Shown here: positions 52,411 to 64,000 of the stretch, one piece after another | Layout: every line of letters starts with the position of its first letter | Numbering within the stretch: position 1 is the stretch's first letter | Assembly: GCA_000708835.1 (NCBI GenBank) | Contig: DF237090.1 | Coordinates: forward strand, 93,936-157,935 | DNA from: Klebsormidium nitens | Lineage: Eukaryota > Plantae > Klebsormidiophyceae | Direction of reading: 5' to 3' | Length of the DNA: 64,000 bases | The notes under the pieces: generated by a model | The model's input: the letters and a program-made list of their open reading frames with translations, nothing else | Told to the model about the DNA's origin: nothing | The model's database searches: none | Program-made: the position numbers and the translations under genes

Positions 52411-53117
52411 CTACTTTGTTTTGTCCTTGGTAGTGACAGTGGTGCCAGCTTGGGGCGAATCAGCGTAGTACTCCTGCTTGCTGATGTTGACTCCGTACTC
52501 TTTCAGAGCCGCGGCAAGATCTTCGGTGGTCAAGACGAGCTGCTTTGATCCCCTCTCTTTCTTGTCTTTGCTGGCAGCCTGCAACAAAATAAACCCGAAT
52601 ATGCACCACTGTTTCTTGTTTGGAGAGTGGCACTATGATACAACACTCACGCTGCCAAGCCAAGACAAAACACCTTGCTCGCAAAATGTCCTATCTGGAA
52701 ACCGTCTACATTTGTACCGAGAGGGAGATTATGCAGTGAAAGCGCGCACAATAGCTTGCAGCATGTTCAGCATTGTGTATTGCGTTCCCCATTCTTTTAC
52801 TGCAAAATAGTGATGCTCATAAAGATTCGAAACTAGGCCCACTGTTGAAATGGATCAAGATTGTATTCATGTGTGAAGGATGTTTTTAGAACATAGCTTA
52901 CCTGCATACGAATCTTGCAGTACTGCAGCGCATCATTGACAATGTCCCCAATGAACTTTTGAGCAGCAACCGACACCAGGCGGGTCATTCTCTCATCTGG
53001 ACACTGGAAGCCACTCCGCTGCAAATAGTGCCCGGTGAGCTCGTCAGGAATGGTTGGCACGTAATCCGCTAAGGATGCAAGGAATTCCTCCACTTCATCG
53101 GACGCAGGACCCGCCAT
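52411..53117 (-). CDS. TAF10: Transcription initiation factor TFIID subunit 10
   Basis: FLASLADYVPTIPDELTGHYLQRSGFQCPDERMTRLVSVAAQKFIGDIVNDALQYCK|...LVLTTEDLAAALKEYGVNISKQEYYAD is the canonical TAF10 histone fold; two exons. Confidence 0.97.
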
Positions 53118-53523
53118 TGGTGCTCAATGCTTAAAATCAGTATTATGAGTATACAGAAATATGATCAGCTGAGGTACGCCCCAGGGCCTAGCTTTAACAT
53201 GGGCCATGCCATCATGATGATCATCAGCCATGCCACTTTTTGCCCCCATGATTTGCCATGTCCAGCTTGTTCTCGATTAGGCCCCCATACCGGGGTCGAC
53301 GCCCTTCAAGGCTTTCCTTACTGCTCGATGCAAGACGATCCGTTCGATCCAGGAAATCTGCCGATCGGACGATCGAAAAAGCGTAAAGAAGGTTCACAAA
53401 TGAGCTCACCTAATCAATCTTGTGAAGTCTTTGTCCTTATCAGTGCAGCACACACTGCAGTGCAGTGGCAGTGGTGAAGACCAATTGTCGGAAACAGGCG
53501 CATGATCAGCAAGGAGGAGCATC

Positions 53524-55581
53524 ATGGCCTTCCTCTCCTTCGTGGGAAGAACGTTGTTTGTGGCTATTTTCCTAGTGGCTGCTGTCCAAAAGTAAGGAAT
53601 TCTTCTTCTCCTTATGAAACGTGCCAAAGAGTCGTTGCATCCCCTGATGGAAGAGCAATATGCAAGTACCAAACAACGAAAGATCAATCTTTAGGCCTTT
53701 GACTTTTAAGCATTCAGTATGGTCTGGCATGACCTCAATATGGGCCGGTCCTGATCGTGTGTGCGCTGATAGCTTCTGTCAGGTGGCATCAGAAATAGCA
53801 GAAAGCTGATTCGTGTACCATCATACATCATTGCAAACTGTTGCATTTTGTGTTGGTCAGATTGTGTGCTGGTTGTTACGCTTTAGTCGTACAATTTCAG
53901 TGAATTCATAATTTTGCAGGCTTGCATATATAGGTGTCCAGCATGCCACTCTGTGCCCATCTATTGCCTTGATGCGAGTCGCAAATTGCATTGGAAGCGG
54001 TTTGTTATGCATTTGTCACCCGTGTAAGCTTGGCAACAAGCAAATTGTCTGGCAATCTTCATGACAGATTTATAAGGAGCTCACATCGCAACAGGTGCCG
54101 GAGCAACAGTGCTTTCTGGGACTGAACAAATGCTGTTTCCTTTCTTGTCTTCTATCAGGGCATCAGAATATGGCGCCGACGGTGGGAAAGCTGCAGAGTT
54201 GATGAGGCCGAAGCTTGATGCTTTCTATGCACATGTGCAGTCAAATCTGCATGTTGCGCTCCCTGTGATTGAGGTATGGTGACTGCAACAAATGAAATGT
54301 GCTCAAATGGGTGCCAATTCAGAGATCCTTTAAGTTGTAATGATCTGTGACGGGGATGTTTGTGCACCAAGTCTGAAAGAAGGAGATGCAATCTATAAGT
54401 ACCTTTTGCTGATGCACTTACCTTTCTAGCCACTCAGCCTGGAGCAGCCTTCTTGTCAAAGTGAGCTTCATACCTGAGATCCATATTCAAAGTGTTTCAT
54501 TTACCCTGGAATGCAGGCGAAGTATCTGCTGGCGATTGCAATAGGTCTGGAGTTCTTTGGGGGCCTTCTTTTCTGGTTTGGTAGCAGCCTCGGCGCATGG
54601 CTTCTGGTGAGTTGGCCAAGGGCGAAACAATGGCTCCAATGCTTCCTGTCCATCACTTATTAGCTGCGGAAACTTTGCAGCAAAGGTGACAAGGTAGAGG
54701 CACTTTACTTGCTGATGCAATTCAACAGGCTCTGGGCTGAACGTCATTGACCAGCTAAAGGGGCACCGAGTAACATAACAACTGGGAAAAGCTGGGATTG
54801 GTCTTGTGCCCACATGCTCAAGAAAGTGATGGAGGCGCTACAGAAAGTGATTACAGGAGCCCCAGTACTATCAGTCTATTAGCTGAGCTGTACATCAGCA
54901 TGAGGCTGTTGAACGGGTTTTGAAAGGAAACCAGCACGCATGCCCGCCTGAATATCTATGTGGTCGACAGTCAAGGCTTCCGCTCCGAATAGCTACCTTG
55001 GTGGAGCTTTTAAAATGTTATTGCAACGAGCCCCAAACGTCTGACTAAGCAATTGACTATCTGCTCGCCACTAGGTCAAACAATTCCTTTGTGACCAGCA
55101 ATGTCGGATTGAGTGTGCTGATAAGAGCCAGATTGCTGCTAACCTGCGTGTCAAGCTATTGCAGCTGCTCTTCCTCGTTTCGGTGACACCCATCATGCAC
55201 GACTTCTACAATCAAGATGTTGGGAGCACTGAACAGACAATCGAACTGATTCAGTTCATGAAGGTTGGTTGTTCGCAACATCAGTTTCCTCTTCGAGCTG
55301 GGACTCCTTGTAAGGATGCTTTGAGCTCACGAAGCATTAATCTTCAGTCTATTCGGCTCGTGCCAAAATAACCTCCCTGTTGCATTCAAACCCTTGTTTT
55401 CAAAACGCTTTTCATTGTGAGCATGCCTATCTTTCACATCGTTCAATGTTGTCTCCGCTCTTTGCAGAATCTTTCCTTGACGGGGGCTCTGTTGTTCTTC
55501 CTGGGATTGAAAAGCTCGGTTGGGAGGGCATCGCGGAGGAATAGGTCGAAAGTCGTCGCCAATAAACCAAAGGTTTCTTAG
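53524..55581 (+). CDS. HR-like lesion-inducing protein (DoxX/SURF4-like membrane protein)
   Basis: MAFLSFVGRTLFVAIFLVAAVQK|...AKYLLAIAIGLEFFGGLLFWFGSSLGAWLL|LLFLVSVTPIMHDFYN...QFMK|NLSLTGALLFFLGLK followed by a basic tail. Confidence 0.9.
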
Positions 55582-56906
55582 GCTCAAATATCCTTGTAAG
55601 TTCTATAGCCATATAGGACGGAAGGAATAGCACTTTCGACACCGTAAAGACCTCACAGGTATGGAGAGGCCGTCAGGTAATGACAATCAAGTAAGAGTCG
55701 GCGGTGCACTAGCCATAAGGCCCAGAAAACACTTAATGCACATCTTAAAAAGTTAACGGTCAGCGAAGGCTGATCATTGGGCTTTTGCTCACTCTCAACC
55801 AGGCTCGCACAGAGTCTGTTGCTTATACTACATCCTAGTTCTTGAATTTTCGAAGAGTGTACTGTCAAGAAGATACCAAGACGTTCTGTTCATTGTTGCC
55901 CTGAGCCACACTACTATACTTCAAGTAGTAACTGTGTATTAGATGTTCTTGGATCACATGAGCCAGGCATCTTGGATTGATGTAACAAATTGGCGCCATG
56001 ACGCATCGGATGCACTTGTTTGGCTTAGTGTCTTGCGCGCACCTTGCATGCAACTAGAACATGTCGTCTAGATGACAGACTTACAGCATCACGTTCGCAT
56101 TGGGTGACAGTGCATATGCATGCCGCTGACCACCATATATGTTTTATGTTACCGTGCCGCCATGGCCGTTGTTTCGATTGTTGAAAGGTCTCCAGGTCAT
56201 GCATATCTATTGCTCATGCCTGAAGTATGGAAGCGACTGTGGGCTGCAGAGACTCGGAAGGATTTTCGGACTCGAGTGCACGGGGTCGGAGTGCACCACA
56301 TACTGTCCACCGCCGCTGGATTGGACAACTACAGAGCTACCTATACGATAGTTTGAGAGACGATTAGGTACTACATTAGGTAGGTACCTTGGCCTCAGTA
56401 GCTAGGACAGTCTTTGGTGATTGAACGGAATCGTCTGTTGGCCGAAATTGATCTCACAATTTTGATTCAAAACACCCAGCATGGCGGTTGTTTCGGTAGA
56501 ATCACGTCGGAAGCCAATAAGAACGCTGCAGATTGGAAAAGCGTATGAACCTGCTCCACGTGGACAAATTGGTGGGTCAGAAGCTCCAAAGATGAAGGGC
56601 CAAGATCGCATGCGGGTTTGGACGGCCACAAGCTGTTAGAAAAGTGATCCAAAAATCTTAATCGACGGTCACGTCAAGTTGCCGGACTTGATATCTGTCA
56701 GACTCCAGTCGAGCACACTGCGACTTCTTCCTCTGAACGTCAGGATGACTCGTGCCGATTGCTTCTCCAAGCGCTCCAGCACCAAGCTCCTTGCTGCAGC
56801 GAAGCGTTTGCGCTGCATTGCAGGCGTTGCATTCAATCGAGAGGGTTGAACAGGACATCCTTGAAAAGACGGCTAGGGCAGCTGTAGATCCATACTCGAA
56901 GCTACC

Positions 56907-61705
<4,799 letters not shown>

Positions 61706-62669
61706 GCTTAGAAACCTTGTACAGAGGTAGCCCGCCAGCATTCCACGTACTGTAAACTGACGTCATACTGCTTCAACCGAGGCCTGCTTTTGATGAATTG
61801 AAACGGAACAAGGCCCAAAATAACTCAACGTGCAAGGTTATTCAACGGGAGGGGTCGAAAGAGTTCCCTTGTGCTCTAGTATACGTGGTGCGGTCGGATG
61901 CATACCTCGTAAGCATACCGAGCCTGGTATCTTTTGCATCCTCATAAGGTGGTGGCCAAGCATTTAACCTTCGTGTTGATGAATTATGGTCGGTTGCATG
62001 CTTGGGGATATTAGCCATCGTATGGCTGGTTTGCGCCCCCTGTTTCAGAGCTAAAATCCACTCATCAGGTTCAGCACTTTAAGATCATCGGTGATGAGTG
62101 AAGGCTATCCTTGTCATTCGCATGTGAACACGACTGAAATATCAATAGTGGACTAGGAAAATGATAAAAGAAGCATGACTAATACGAAGAGGATTGTATG
62201 AGTATGAGCACGAGGACTCAAGGCTCTGACCACCGACTCTTCAAAATGTGTCACAGACGCACTGCAGACACTTAAGGAGGACATCGTGAGAAAGTGATCA
62301 TACGCCCGGATTCAACCTTTGACTCACGGTCGCTTATACAAAAGCCACATGGGGTGGCAGATTGCTCAGCTTGACGGGCAGTCAATGCCCGCGTTACGTA
62401 GATGTTGCTGCGAACCACATGGGGTAGACGCCCCCACCAAATGCGACGCGAAAGGATTGAGCTTAAGACTTAGTCGGCTTGCAAGGTCGCCTTGAATTCA
62501 GATCTCAGTGTTCATTGGCAGTAGACTAATCTCATACTAATAAGGTGCGTTCAGAATGCCGTAAATCAGTAAATCCATTCATATCATGATATATCATCGT
62601 CATTCAAGGATTCAAGTCGAAGGTAGTCACGACTCACTGGACAGATGGCTGACGTCAACCCGGCAAAGA

Positions 62670-62692
62670 AGGTTCATGCCGGTCATGAACCT
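62670..62692. other. Perfect 9-bp-stem hairpin upstream of the last gene
   Basis: AGGTTCATG-CCGGT-CATGAACCT. Confidence 0.5.
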
Positions 62693-63235
62693 GGGTCTGC
62701 CAATCGTAGCCGTCCAAGTGAGCACGATCCGATCGCGAGAGGCACAATCGGGCTAGGGGATTGGAGCCCCGGGGCGAGCCTCCGAGCCATACCGTAGTCC
62801 AAGTCCTCGGCCTCCCAGATTTTCCAGGCTAGCCGGTAGGCAGCTAGGTACGGTGTACGACCGTGTACCTACTTTACCTTGTCCTATACACTAAGGTATT
62901 TAGGTCGCCACTACAGGGCTCTGGAGTCTAGACAACGGCTCCAGTCTAACGGTCCCAGCAAATTGCACGTGCATGGTCTCGTCAAATCGGACGGCTTTGT
63001 AAGCGTTTTGATCAAGGATCGACGGTAGATGATAGCACCAGATGAGTCCGTTCTGAAGAAGTGGTCGGTAGAACCTACCAGGCCGCAGCTTGAGATCTGC
63101 TGCTGCGGAATCCGAACCTGTCGTCTTGCACTTGCGCAGGCTCATTTGGCACCAACTTCGGAAGCAGATTCTACAAATTGCAGCATTGAACAGGCGCAGC
63201 TCAGCATTGCGCTCAGGCAACCCGTAGCCACCATC

Positions 63236-64000
63236 ATGGCGGAGTCGGGTACTAACTGGGCCCGAGCGTCCGGTTCCCTCGTCATCGTCTTGTTGCTTGT
63301 GGGCCTCGTTGGCTCCCAACTGCTGGCGTCCGAGGAGCAGCCGCAGCTCCTAGGTCGCAGAAGCCTACAAGAAAGTGTCCGCCGGTTCCTAGCAGTAAAC
63401 GACATCTACGTGTTGAACAGCACCTACGATGTGAACACCACCAGTGTGACTGTGGTTGGGACCGCGATTGGGCCCAACGCCAGTGTCACAGGTTACTGGA
63501 GCACAAGAGGCAGGCAGATCTTGGACTTCTATGGAAAGGAGGTGAGGGCCTTGTTTTGTCCTTGAACTTCACATTTTTGATGGTGAGCCTTTGTTGGACA
63601 TACCAGGTGCGACCTCGGAAAGCAGAGAAGTTCGACGTTTACGAGGTTGCAAGGGAAGTACAGTGACCCACAGAGCCACCCACAGAGCAAGTCTGAACTG
63701 GGGAATCTCTTGTGGAACTTTAAATTGGCCACTTGAGGCTACCAGACTTCTCATTTTACCTTTGAAGTGTATGTCTGATGTCCTTGTGTCTTGGCTGTTG
63801 CACTTATGGGTGTGGGTATGAAGGGTGTAGATCTTGGGTTCCTAGTCATCTCAGAGCAAGATTTCTACACCACCTTTTGTGGTGGCAACTTGTCTGCAAG
63901 TGGCAACTTGCTTTGCAAGGAAATCTGAAAACACTCTGGGCATACTGCAAGTGTGCGCTTGGTATGCCTTGCATTTCTGACAAGATATGCCGTCCTTCGC
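63236..64000 (+). CDS. Probable secreted glycoside hydrolase family 5 (cellulase-like), 5' part only
   Basis: Signal/anchor GSLVIVLLLVGLVGSQLLA, RRSLQ motif, several NxS/T sequons, then YWSTRGRQILDFYGKE|gtgagg resembling the GH5 N-terminal 'xTxGxxIxDxxGxxV' strand; catalytic exons not seen in the window. Confidence 0.5.

Overview
Gene-dense, intron-rich (mostly GT-AG) eukaryotic nuclear DNA with GC-rich exons. A GapB carrying the CP12-like tail and plant-type gene families point to a streptophyte green alga; Klebsormidium is the best fit, but that is inference. Genes I could reconstruct by hand-splicing, in order: a GT14-like/BC10 glycosyltransferase, an unknown N-anchored protein, a secreted Cys-rich/AGP-like protein, a Cys-rich DUF3455 protein, a single-pass protein with two bacterial-style LysM domains, a 16.7-kb SPIRRIG/WDFY3-type BEACH-WD40-FYVE gene, a head-to-head pair of membrane-anchored minimal ADP-ribosyltransferase (PARP-like) paralogues, a BTB-BACK-LRR (FBL11-like) gene, TAF10, an HR-like lesion-inducer/DoxX protein, GAPB and the 5' end of a probable GH5. 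Intergenic DNA holds a TIR-bounded MITE-like element, a ~270-bp dispersed repeat in two copies, a hairpin cluster and short tandem duplications. The most novel candidate is the divergent TM-ART pair (39196-44502), followed by the double-LysM membrane protein. Two likely assembly artefacts lie in the BEACH gene: a G7 frameshift and an N-gap with overlapping flanks. Exon boundaries are manual; no databases were searched.
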